This document shows, one piece after another, positions 37,473 through 49,130 of a stretch of DNA of 64,000 nucleotides. The stretch is taken from the NCBI GenBank assembly GCA_951406725.2, contig OX597814.1:46872001-46936000 (forward strand), in the 5' to 3' direction. The notes below the pieces were generated by a model. It was given only the letters and a program-made list of their open reading frames with translations, had not been told where the DNA came from and ran no database searches. A program made the translations under genes and the position numbers. How positions within the stretch are numbered: position 1 is the stretch's first letter; every line of letters begins with the position of its first letter. Source of the DNA: Octopus vulgaris. Lineage: Eukaryota.

Positions 37473-37593
37473 GTTCTGCCGAGGCTGTGTAATTGACTGT
37501 AATACAAATGTATTTAACTTTGGTAGCTCATTTGTGGCTATTGACTGGGAACCTACAGCTTTGCATCTGCGATACCAAACAAGCAATGAGAAG
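37473..37593 (+). CDS. USP32: USP32 exon: KFCRGCVIDC...AIDWEPTALHLRYQTSNEK
   Basis: tatag| acceptor, AAG|gtaaat donor. Confidence 0.94.
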
Positions 37594-37760
37594 GTAAATA
37601 AATCAAATTAAACTCTTTTTAGTTACTTAAGGTCTTCAGTGGAATTATAATCACTTTTGTTTCACTTATTCAATGTTTTCAGTTAATATTTATGTCTATC
37701 AAATTGTTCAGTCTTTTGCTGTAAAATTTTATTTGATATCACTTAAATCATTAACAAATA

Positions 37761-37902
37761 AAGTCAATCACTACATCAAAGTGACTGTTCCATATTACTA
37801 CTATTTTAACCCCAGACAGATCGTCTGCCAGCAGGTTATCAACCTGCCTGGGGTTAAACTAATAGTAACATAAAACAGTCACTTTGATGTGGTGATTGAC
37901 TT
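37761..37902. repeat. Imperfect hairpin with ~59-bp arms
   Basis: AAGTCAATCACTACATCAAAGTGACTGTT...TTAACCCCAG vs CTGGGGTTAA...AACAGTCACTTTGATGTGGTGATTGACTT. Confidence 0.88.
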
Positions 37903-38854
37903 GTTAGTATAGTTATTACTCTGATCCCTTCTTGAGATTTTAGAACTAGCTATTTTGCTTATTTAAATCATTGTTCTTTGAAAATGTATGTAAACTGATT
38001 TATACACTTTCAAGCCCTTTCGCCATTTTGTGTTCTGAAGTAAAACTGAAAACCACTCAAGATACAAAGATTGCAACAAAATTATTACTATTGGTTTAAC
38101 ATTGGTTTTCCCACAACAATGTGCTTCTGTTTTTCTATGTCTTACATAGTGTCATGTCTGAGACTTGTTTGTATGGTCTGATCTAGCTCATTCTAAGTTG
38201 TACTTGGTTCCTGTTCTCTGTATTAACTGCTTTCATTTCAAGCTTTACGCATTTCATGTTGCACATCTAACAAATCACTCTCAGTTCTTTCCAGCCTCTC
38301 TGTTTAGAAGCAAATTATTTACTTCTGGTGAATTATCATCAATGCACTTGACACTTTTTAAAAGTTAACCTTCATTAACTTGCCTGATTTTCAATTTCCT
38401 CTCTTGCGATCCCATTACTTGCATTATCTAGATAATATTGAGCACCTCCCCATCAATGTAAAGAAGGTGTACAGGTACCTTTTCTAGCATTCTCATGCAA
38501 CTGAATCAACTCTCTGTGTTTCCCTAAACTTCCATATTGAGTCTGATATAGAGCCAATTTGTTTGCATGTACATATACCTATGAGACAGCAAATCTTAAA
38601 TTCTTTTGAGAGAATTCCACTAAAGGATAAATAAAAATTATCGAAGGCTGATAACTCACAAAACCTTAATTCATTATTTTGTGCATGATGAAATTATTTG
38701 CAATATTTACAGATATAGATTACTTTGAGAAATATTTAAAATTTATCTGCTATTGCAAATTGTTGAATACATCTTATATTTCAAATCAAAATATGATTTT
38801 AGTTAAAAATGAGCAAAAGACGTTCTCAAATGTTTTTGTTTCCTTTCCTATCAG

Positions 38855-39046
38855 TTTATTCAAGAGCATCGTAGTGTAGAGGAAAGTCGCAGACTACAAA
38901 CAGAACCCATTGATCTTGACACGTGCCTTCAAGCATTTACTAAAGAAGAAGAGCTTGGGGAAGATGAACTCTACTGCTGCTCCAAATGCAATAAACACTG
39001 TTTAGCATCAAAAAAGCTTGACATTTGGCGATTACCACCTATTTTA
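38855..39046 (+). CDS. USP32: USP32 exon: FIQEHRSVEESRRLQTEPIDLDTCLQAFTKEEELGEDELYCCSKCNKHCLASKKLDIWRLPPIL
   Basis: atcag| acceptor, |gtaagt donor; 64 codons; second CxxC of the Zn ribbon. Confidence 0.95.
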
Positions 39047-39152
39047 GTAAGTAAAAATTTGAATACGTAATTAATTTCTCCAATATATTTTATGTCTTCA
39101 AGTTCATTTCCTGAGCTTATTACTTTGAGTTAATTTCCACCATATTTTCGAA

Positions 39153-39830
39153 TCATCGTCATCGTTTAACATCCGCTTTCCATGCTGGCATGAGTTGGAC
39201 TATTTGACTGAGGACTGGCGAACCAGATGGCTGCACCAGGCTCCAATCTTGATCTGGCAGAGTTTCTACAGCTGGATGCCCTTCCTAATGCCAACCACTC
39301 TGAGAGTGTAGTGGGTGCTTTTATGTGCCACCAGTACAAGGGCCAGTCAGGCAGTACTGGCAACGGCCACGCTCAAATGGTGCTTTTTATGTGCTACCTG
39401 CACAAGAGCCAGTCCAGCGGCACTGGCAACGACCTCACTCAAATGTTTTTTCACGTGCCAGTAAGGCGATGCTGGTAATGATCTATTTCTTTACTACCCA
39501 CAGGGGGCTAAACACAGAGGGAACAAACAAGGACAGACAAACGGATTAAGTCCATTACATCGACCCCAGTGCATAACTGGTACTTAATTTATCGACCCCG
39601 AAAGGACGAAAGGCAAAGTCAACCTCGGTGGAATTTGAACTCAGAACATAATGGCTGACGAAATACGGCTACACATTTCGCCCGGCATGCTAATGTTTTT
39701 GCCAGCTCGAATGGTGCTTTTTATGATCATGCTCGAATAGTGCTTTTTACGTGCCACCGGTATGGAAGCCAGTTAGCCACTCTGGCAACAATCATGCTCA
39801 GATGGTGCTCTTAGCGCTTCACTAGCACGG
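39153..39830 (-). mobile_element. RTE 3'UTR fragment interrupted by a SINE
   Basis: CATCGTTTAACATCCGCTTTCCATGCTGGCATG tail; GGTGCTTTTTA repeats on both sides of the insert. Confidence 0.8.
39485..39709 (-). mobile_element. Young SINE nested in the RTE fragment
   Basis: Reverse complement of the 60338 family (GAGCTGGCA...GAGTTCAAATTCC...AAGTACCAGTT...GTTTAGCCCC). Confidence 0.82.
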
Positions 39831-40241
39831 ATATCAAACATAATTTCAGAAATTTTTGGAGCATGAAATTCTGTGAAAATAATTACTTGTTTAATTACTG
39901 TGATTATTCATTAATTGCTGTCTCTTACATGCATATAACATGTTGAATTTAATTTAGTGTAAATCATTATTGAGTTGAGCTAGTTTGTATTATTATTATT
40001 GCATGCCTATTAATTCAAATTTTTTCATCTCTTTTATTAAAATATTATGTCTGTCAAATACTGGTATCATGGACTAGATAAAATAACAGTTAAATATTTC
40101 TAATTTTATTTCTATATTACTCTTTGCTATTCTTGAATTCTATCATTTTATTGTCATTACTTACTACCCTAAATAATTATTTCTTGAGAAATAACAAAGT
40201 TTAAATGCATTTTTCATTTGTTTTTTCTTTTTCTTCTTCAG

Positions 40242-40569
40242 ATTATAAATTTGAAACGCTTCCAGTGTTTAAATGGGCGCTGGGTTAAATCTCATAAAAT
40301 TGTCAAGTTTCCTTTCAAAGACTTTGATCCTAGTTCTTATATAGCACCTCGTGCCAGACAGTACAAGAAAATAAGCACTGATCATATAGAACTGACCAAT
40401 ATTAGTGAAGAAGACCAATGCAATCGTAATGTAATTAAAAATGGAGTCACCAACCATGAAAGTAGTAATTTTGCTAATGAATCTAGTTCCCTTCCAACCA
40501 TTCCTACCATTCAAAAAGAACCTGTTTCTAATCATGTAGAAAATTGCATACAGCCTTGCTCCAATTCAG
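40242..40569 (+). CDS. USP32: USP32 exon: IINLKRFQCLNGRWVKSHKIVKFPFKDFDPSSYIAPR...
   Basis: cttcag| acceptor, G|gtaaat donor; LKRF motif. Confidence 0.93.
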
Positions 40570-41928
40570 GTAAATAGTATTTGGTTTTCAGATTGTAATG
40601 CAGTTTATTTCTGATAAGAAAATTGTTTCAGTTGTAATTTAAATTATTTTTTTTAATATTTCACTTGTCTTTATATCATACAAAAAAAGAATTTTCATCA
40701 TTCAAAACATGTTAAACTAAAATTATTCTTGTTTGTTCCTCCCTTTTTGTAGTTTTTATATTATTAACTTACTCAGTATATTTACTTTTTATCACATATT
40801 TATGTAGAGTTCTTTACATGAATGCTGTTTGTTACATTGAATAAGTACAATTTAGTTAATGTGTTTAGTTTTGTTTATATTGTCAGTATTTGTCTTTCCC
40901 AATAATGGTTTATATAAGAGTATAAAACTTTTATTTAGAAAGGTGTAGTTAAAGGAACAATGAGTAGCTATAGAGTTGTGTAAATAGAACTATTAAGAGA
41001 AAGGGTTGGTTAAAATAAGATAAATATTGTGATATTCCCTAGGAAACACTGTTGTATATTCTACTCACATTGATAATTGTTCCATATTGTTTGAATGCAA
41101 TATCATGGATGTTCAGGATCTGGTTGTGGTACAGATTTATTCTGTTAGGAATGACATGTATCTTACTTGAATATAATCAAACAATGAATTCTCTCCACAC
41201 CTAGAACATTTCACATTGTCACTCCACACAACATCATTTGGAAGTTGACAAAACATTGACTGGTTGGTTCCATTTGTACAAACTTTTTCTATAATAGATT
41301 CTTACATCCAGCTGACTCCCAAGCTGCGGCACATTTTGATTTGCTGTCATCACAGTTTTTGCCATCCGCTCTTCCTTTCAAGATGTGAAAGCCTACCTGC
41401 TTTTGTTATTCTGGTGGGACAGTTATTTGTTACACAACCATTCATGATTGTGTGGTTAAGAAGTCCACTTTGAAACTGCATAATTCCATATTTGATCCTA
41501 CTGAATAGCACTCTATGAGTGTTGATGCCCATCAAATAAATATGTGTATATTTCGATTTTATACTGATCTACATTGGCAAAGGTTGTATGCATCAGTAAA
41601 ATAATTTGTGCTCTTTGAAGACTGCTAAACTTCTGATACTCCTTTGTCACTCTCACATAATAAAAATGCACTGAATGAATGATTGACCTAGTGCAAATCT
41701 GTAACCAAGTACATTATTGTTCATAAATGTTGATATAAAAGCTTGAAAAAAATGCGCATTTATATAAATAAAACCAATGAAATCCTGTACTGTGTTTTGT
41801 ATAGTTCCAATAATAACCTGTATTTATAAGTTGCTCACTTACATTTTAGTAACATCTCTTTTATATTTTTGCCTGTGTGTGTGAGTTTAATATTTTATTG
41901 TTTATTGAATTATTTGTTGATATTGTAG

Positions 41929-42155
41929 ATTCTGTTGAAAATAGCAGTAGCTGCAAACGACAGCGGGTAATGCACAGCAACAGCAAAGAATCAATGCAAG
42001 AACTGCACAAACCATTGACTAATGGTGATTCATTTTCAAAGTACATTGATGTTAAAGAAATAGAAAACCAATCAAAAGAAAAAAACTGCTCAGCTTTAAG
42101 TCCAGACTCTGACTGTGATGACAACAATGTTCGCTATGATCTTTATGCTGTCTCA
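41929..42155 (+). CDS. USP32: USP32 exon: DSVENSSS...NVRYDLYAVS
   Basis: tgtag| acceptor, |gtgagt donor; YDLYAVS precedes the His box. Confidence 0.88.
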
Positions 42156-42583
42156 GTGAGTAAACCTATTTAAAAACTGAAATGTGCATGCATTGAAATT
42201 CTATAAAGTTTTTGTTGAGTGTTCTTTTATTTAAGATTAGTTGGAAATTTCCCTGGGTGATTACAAGAAGTGATCATCAAAATATTTGAAGCCACTCTTT
42301 CAATGGCCAACTGCCATGAAGCAAACATTAAACTCTTTGTGAACTAAGTTTAGTTTTAATTTTTGGTTGTAGTCAATTCATTAGAGTCAGTTGAATGTTA
42401 GAACTTCTCATTTGTCCTCTGCTTAAATATGGATCCTTTGTTTCTAGTCAAAAGGACAATAGTGAAACTAAGGTTAGATACCTTTGGGTGAAGATTCATT
42501 TATATACATTAGAATGGTATAAATGCTGGGATTACATACTTCTTACAGTATTGATTATGGTAGGTTGAAAAATTTACTGACAT

Positions 42584-45109
42584 CCAAATAGACTTCATCC
42601 TCACCAAATAGACATCACTAGCCAAATAGACTTCATCCTCACCAGACAGCGGGTTGCAGGGTCGCTCTTAAATACAAAGACCCTCCCGGGTGAAGAATGT
42701 ATCCCTTACGCCAGAAGGACTCCAAGAAACAAACCAATCCAGAAAAGAAGGATTTGGAAGCTAAAGAACCCGTCACATGGTCAGAGATTTAGGGACATCC
42801 TCATCAAGATATTTGATGAGAGGGAGGAGGAGCTTCAGACGTCGGACATAGAAGGTAGCTGGGAATTCCTACGGAACAGCTTGCTGAGTGCCACAGACCA
42901 AGTCTGTGGATGGTGCAAAGTCCCTTCCAGACCTAGAGTTACGTGGTGGTGGAATAGTGCAGTAGACAAAGCCATTAGTGCAAAGAAACAGGCCTGGAAA
43001 GCCTGGAGGGATGGGAGTAGCAGGGAACTGTACCAGGTAGCCAAAAGGGAGGCTGGGCGGCAGGTATACATAGCCAAAGATGTAGCAGAAAACAAGAAGT
43101 TTGCCAATGTCCAGCGACGTGAGGACCAAAGAGCTGAGGTATTTCGGATTGCCAGACAGTGTGTGAGAGAAAATAGTGATGTTACAGGAGAGAAATGTGT
43201 CCGCATGGATGATGGGACACTTGCTCTTAATGTTGGTGAAAAGAAAGAGGCTTGGAGAAGCCATTATGAAAGACTGCTGAATGAGGAGAATGAATGAAAG
43301 GAGGAGAGCCTGCCAAATGTTGACCCAGTAGAGGGACCAGCTATCCGAATAGACAGCTCCCTTGTAGTTAAGGCAATTAACGATATGAAACCAGGTAAAG
43401 CCCCGGCCCATCAGGAATCACTGCTGAGATGCTTAAAACAGCTGGCTATGTGGGCTATGGCCTAGTCACCCTCATTGTAAACCAGGTAGTTCATAATGGA
43501 GTCATACCCAATGACTGGCGTAGCAGCACCATAGTCAACTGCTACAAGGGTAACGGTGATGCTCTAGACAGAAATAACTACAGGGGTATTAAACTGTTGG
43601 ATCAGGTGATGAAGGTCACAGAGAGGGTCATAACCCATCTCATTAGGGAGAGAATTTGCTTAGATGAGATGCAGTTCGGTTTTGTGCCGGGTAGAAGCAC
43701 CACTGATGCTATATTCCTGGTCCGACAACTGCAGGAGAAGTACCTAGCTAAAGATAAACCCCTCTACGTAGCTTTTGTGGACTTGGAGAAAGCCTTTGAC
43801 AGGGTTCCCCGATCCCTTATCTGCTGGTCGATGCGGAAACTGGAGATTGATGAATGGCTAATAAGGGCTGTACAGGCTCTATACAGAGAGGCTGTCAGCA
43901 AGGTCAGGATTGGCAACGAATATAGTGAAGAATTCCGGGTAGAAGTAGGTGTACACCAAGGCTCAGCCCTCAGTCCCCTTTTATTCATCATAGTCCTCCA
44001 GGCAATAACAGAGGAATTCAAAACAGGATGCCCCTGGGAGCTCCTCTATGCTGATGACCTGGCTCTCATAGCAGAATCACTACCAGAACTAGAAAAGAAA
44101 TTTCGGGTGTGGAAGCAAGGGTTAGAATCAAAGGGCCTTAGAGTAAATGTAGCAAAGACCAAAGTAAGCAGAAAGGCAAACTCAGCACACACCCCATCGG
44201 GCAGGTGGCCCTGCTCGATCTGTAGGAAAGGGGTAAGTAGAAACTCCATAAGATGTACCCAGTGTAAGCTATGGACACATAAGAGGTGCAGCAACATCAA
44301 AGGGAAATTAACTGATAAGATAGCTTTCATGTGCGGCAGATGCACAGGGACAATAGACACCACAGACACTCAGAAAACAGATTCCATCACACTCCAGGGG
44401 GAGAAACTAGAAGTAGTTGATAGTTTCCGCTACCTGGGTGACCAAGTTAGTAGTGGAGGTGGATGCTCAGAGAGTGTCACCACTAGAATACGAATAGCTT
44501 GGGCAAAGTTCAGAAAGCTCCTACTGGTGACAAAGGGTCTCTCGCTCAGAGTGAAAGGTAGATTGTATGATGCATGTGTGCGAACTGCCATGCTTCACGG
44601 TAGTGAAACATGGGCTGTGACTGCAGAGGACATGCGTAGACTTGAAAGAAATGAAGCTAGCATGATCCACATAAAAAGCACCATCCGAACGTGGCCGTTG
44701 CCAGCACCGCCTCGACTGGCTTCTGTGCCGGTAGCACATAAATAGCACCATCCGAACGTGGCCAATGCCAGCGCCGCCCCGACTGGCTTCTGTGCTGGTG
44801 GCACATAAAAAGCACCATCCGAACGTGGCCGTTGCCAGCGCCGCCTTGGCTGGCTTCCGTACCGGTGGCACGTTAAAAGCTCCAACTGATCGTGGCTGAT
44901 GCCAGACCCTCCCTGGCACCTGTGCTGGTGGCACGTAAAAAGCACCCACTACACTCGCGGAGTGGTTGGCGTTAGGAAGGGCATCCAGCTGTAGAAACTC
45001 TGCCAGATCAGACTGGAGCCTGGTGCAGCCCCTGGCTTCCCAGACCCCGGTCGAACTGTCCAACCCATGCTAGCATGGAAAACGGACGTTAAACGATGAT
45101 GATGATGAT
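42584..45109 (+). mobile_element. Young RTE-clade LINE, 5'-truncated, with a premature stop, frameshift and 3' internal deletion
   Basis: SQIDFIL (APE end), NYRGIKLL, QFGFVPGRSTTD, FVDLEKAFDRV, QGSALSPLLF, YADD (44047-44058), PHD-like finger, FRYLG; (GAT)n tail. Confidence 0.95.
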
Positions 45110-45518
45110 CCAATTCTGAACTGACTATTGGTTTAAGGATTAAGTTGAAATGATAGAGAGGAGAACAGAGACTTGATTAATACTCATTTTTGAATTGAAA
45201 TTGCTTTTGTGATACAATTCTTTAAATCAGAGAAAATCAGAAAGCTGGCAAAAATTGTATTCAGTATAAACCACAAAAAGTAGTAAAATGCAAAGTAAAG
45301 TAATTAGTAGTAACAGTAACCCTAACAACAATCACATACAACTTCATGTCACAATTTCAACCTCAAGTAACATACCCACACTGTAACAGCAAGCAAATTC
45401 ACTTATCAAACACTTACAAAAGATCAGCCATCAAAAACTACACAAAGGCAAAAATACAAAATGCAAGATTCATATCATTCACCTATAATGCAACTCTAAT
45501 CTCTACAAAAAGATACAG

Positions 45519-45855
45519 TCATCATCATCATCTTCATCGTTTAATGTCTGTTTTTCATGCTGGCATGGGTTGGATGGTTTGACTGAGGTCTGGAGAGCCA
45601 GTGGCTACACCAGGCTCCAATCTGATCTGGCAATGTTTCTACAGTTGGATGCCCTTCCTAACACCAACCACTCCGAGAGTGTAGTGGGTGCTTTTTATGT
45701 ACGACTGGCACACGACCCAGTCAGGCGGGCTTGGCATCAATCACGTTTGGATAGTGCTTTTTATGTGCTGCTGGCACTGGAGCCAGTCAGGGGCTACTGG
45801 CATTAGCCATGTTTTGTTGGTGCTTTTTATGTGCCACCAGCATGAGAGCCAGGGC
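45519..45855 (-). mobile_element. RTE 3'UTR fragment, tail-to-tail with the 42584 copy
   Basis: (CAT)n-CGTTTAATGTCTG...CATGCTGGCATGGGTTGG. Confidence 0.82.
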
Positions 45856-46829
45856 TGACAAAATAACAAATATACATTTGAAACACCTCAAGCTTGAAGA
45901 ATGTTTTTTTTTTTTTGTCAAACCTTAAGAATCTGGCAACAGAGAAAAATTATCACAGTTTTAAAAATGACATCATATTCACATTTCCACTGCTATGAAA
46001 CTACTCCAACTCTACATCAATTACCGAGAAACCTGACTTAAAAACAACAGATTTAAAATAGAATATTAGATGTAATCTACCATTACACTAAGAAACACAA
46101 ATATATGACATACACAAAAAAAACAAAATTATTGAGAGATGCATATAACACATCAATTTCATAATATATTTAGAAAACCAAACAAACAAGGCAAAACAGC
46201 ATACATATTCCAGGTCCCACATTTGGTCAACAGAAACAAGTCATGTACAAACAGTACATTAGATTCATCATTGATTATGTCAATCCTACCACCTACATAC
46301 CCAAATTCTCTCCATAACAGAGCTCATTTTACATCATCACAGGCTGCATGTAGTCCACTAAAAAAAAAAAATTAAAGACCCTTGGTGTCTCATTGACAAC
46401 CTTCTATGAGATTATATGAGATTTGAAGATATATCTATTAGATGAATAAAGCACATATTTGAAATATAGGTAATGTAAACAAAAGATATATTGTAAAACA
46501 TTTGTAAAAAGTCTGACAGTCTGTTAACTGTATGAAGTGAGCCTGGCTAGTTGCCTGATGTTATGTAGATTGGCAATATTTTAGTAATTGTCATGTCTAC
46601 TTCATAATATGGCTAAAGTTATTGGCTGGAGCTAATATGCTTACATAATGTGAAAGGAGAATAGTTATTAGGCTAGAAACTGTAACACAAAGGGTAACAC
46701 AAAGAGAACTCTTTAAAAAGAATGGCATATGACAGGAATGAATAGCAACGTTCCTCTTTTTTGTCTTGTGTAATCCATGGCAATAGTAAAACAGACATGA
46801 TGATGATAAACATCAGAATTAAAAGTCGC

Positions 46830-48350
46830 ACATCATCATCATTATTTAACATCCCTTTTTCCATGATGGCATGGGTTGGATGATTTCACATGAACAGACA
46901 AGTCAACGGGCAGTACCAAGTTCTAATGTCTGCTCTGGCATGGTTTCTACAGATGGGTACTCTTATTAATGCTAACCACTTCAGAATGTGGCACCAGCAT
47001 GGTGAGATCACGTAGTAACTCACAAGACAAAACCCACTCAATTGTGTGAGGTATAGAACTGAGGGATAAGAAAGTGTGATAGGAGGACAGGAATGAAGGT
47101 GTGAATACATGGCTTGCTCATCTGAAAAGAGAGATATGAAATCAAGGTAAAAGGTGAAAACCAATCATCACCATCATTTAATGTCCGTTGTCCATGCTGG
47201 CATGGGTTGGATGGTTTGATTGGGCTGGTATGCTGGAAGACTGTGCCAGGATCCAGTCTGATTTGGCATTGTTTTCTACAGCTGGATGCCCTTCCCAAGG
47301 CCAGCCACTTTGAGAGTGTAATGAGTGCCTTTTACGTGCCACCGGCATGGGTGCCATTTGTGTGACACCAGTATCTGCCATGATTGCGATTTTGCTTGGC
47401 TTGATGGGTCTTCTTCTCAAGCATGGCAATGCCAAAAGTCTTGGTCATTGCCTCCATGAGGCCCAACACTCGAAAGGATCTTGGCCACTTGAAAGGAACT
47501 CAGTCACCTCACTTCTGTGAAGCCCATTCAAAAGGAACTCAGTCACATGCCTCCACGAGGTCCAACACTCGAAAGGAACTCAGCCACTTTGCCTCCATGC
47601 GGCCCAGGAACTTGGTCACTTTACCTCCATGAAGCCCAACGCTTGAAAGGCACTCAGTCACTTTACCTCCATGAGTCCTGACATTCAAAGGTTGATTTGT
47701 TTTTTACCTGCCACCAGCACAGGTACACTTGGCTTGATGGATCTGCTTAAGCAGAGTACATCGCCAAAGATCTCAGTCACTAGCCATTTCCTCTGCAAGG
47801 TTCAAAGTTCGAAGGTCTTGCTTCACTGCCTCATCTCACATCTTCCTGGGTCTACCTCTACCACAGGTCCCCTCCACTGTTAGAGATTGGCACTTCTTTA
47901 CACAACTGTCCTTGTCCATACACATCACATGACCATACCAGCGCAGTCATCTCTCTTGCACACCACATCTGATGCCTCTTATGCCCAACTTTTCTCTCAA
48001 GATGCTTACACTCTGTCAAACATGCACACTGACATTGCACATCCAGTGAAGCATACTGGCTACATTTCTTTCAAGCCTATGCATGTCCTTGGCTGTCACA
48101 GCCCATGTTTCACTGCCATGCAGCACAGCTGTTCCCACACAGGCATCGAACAATTTGCCTTTCACTCTGAGAGAGAGGCCCTTTGTTGCCAGCAGGGGTA
48201 GGAGCTCTCTAAACTTTGCCCAACCTAATCTTATTCTCACAGCTATGCTCTCAGAACCACCTCCACTACTAACCTGGTCACCTAGATACCGGAAGCTCTC
48301 TACTACCTCTAGCTTGTGACCTTGGCAGTTAATGGAGTCTGTTTTCTGCA
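46830..48350 (-). mobile_element. Two adjacent RTE 3' fragments; the larger (47163-48350) encodes the RT C-terminal region
   Basis: ORF 48016..48351 LEVVESFRYLGDQVSSGGG...LHGSETW; CAT tails near 46830 and 47163. Confidence 0.82.
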
Positions 48351-48551
48351 CATGTTTGTATATATGTAAAGTATCAAAATAATCAAGACATCTCTGAAAA
48401 ATATTTGTTTTGAAGGTAAAGATTTAACAATGTAATTAGTAAACCAAAAAGCAAAAAAACATTTGTTACAAGAAATAGACTGTTTTTAAATGTAGACTTA
48501 TTTTCAATTGATTTTTTCTTTTTGTTATAGTATTCCATTTTTATATTTTAG

Positions 48552-48644
48552 TGTCATACTGGCATTCTTGGTGGTGGACACTATGTAGCATTTGCCAAAA
48601 ATCCTAATAATCGATGGTACTGTTACAATGACAGTAGCTGCAAG
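48552..48644 (+). CDS. USP32: USP32 exon with His box: [31 protein letters not shown]
   Basis: Catalytic His CAC 48579-48581 and Asp GAC 48630-48632; ttttag| acceptor, |gtaagt donor. Confidence 0.96.
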
Positions 48645-49130
48645 GTAAGTTGTTTCATTCCAATCAATTGTCTCAAGTTGTAGTTATCCCATCTTTTATT
48701 CTTACTTTTGAATTATATAGTATTTATTTTACATTTGAGTAGTTGATCAAATGGAGATTTTTGTTTCATAATCTATCACTGAAAAATGTGAAGTAAATGA
48801 ACTTTAGATGCTCCACACATATTTTTAAATATAATCTTCACAATCATAGCTAAAGGTTTGATACCCTGCATACATTGGCACAAAGGAAACAAAGTTTTTG
48901 TTACATTTATACCAGCACTTGTTCTTAACTCATTTGAGTATGCTGAATTCAAATCTGAAGTTAGTTTTTCTCTGTAAGCTCTAGATTTTATGCAATTCAA
49001 CTTACTTTTACTTCTTGAAATTTGGACACCTCTCACATGGTGACCTGGCACATCTGAAAAATTTATGGCCATACAGTCTTAAAATTAGACTCAAAATAAC
49101 TGCCTGATACATCCCACCACACACACATAT

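Noticed and set aside
37806-37857. 44-bp TTAA-CCC...GGG-TTAA mini piggyBac
   Set aside because: The symmetry extends about 45 bp beyond both TTAAs, so it is the centre of a larger hairpin and not a TSD-bounded element.
44521-45063. Ala/Gly-rich ORFs (also 34903..35448 and 59525..59971), and CRISPR-like periodicity
   Set aside because: Antisense readings of the GC-rich RTE 3'UTR minisatellite; whole units repeat with no unique spacers.
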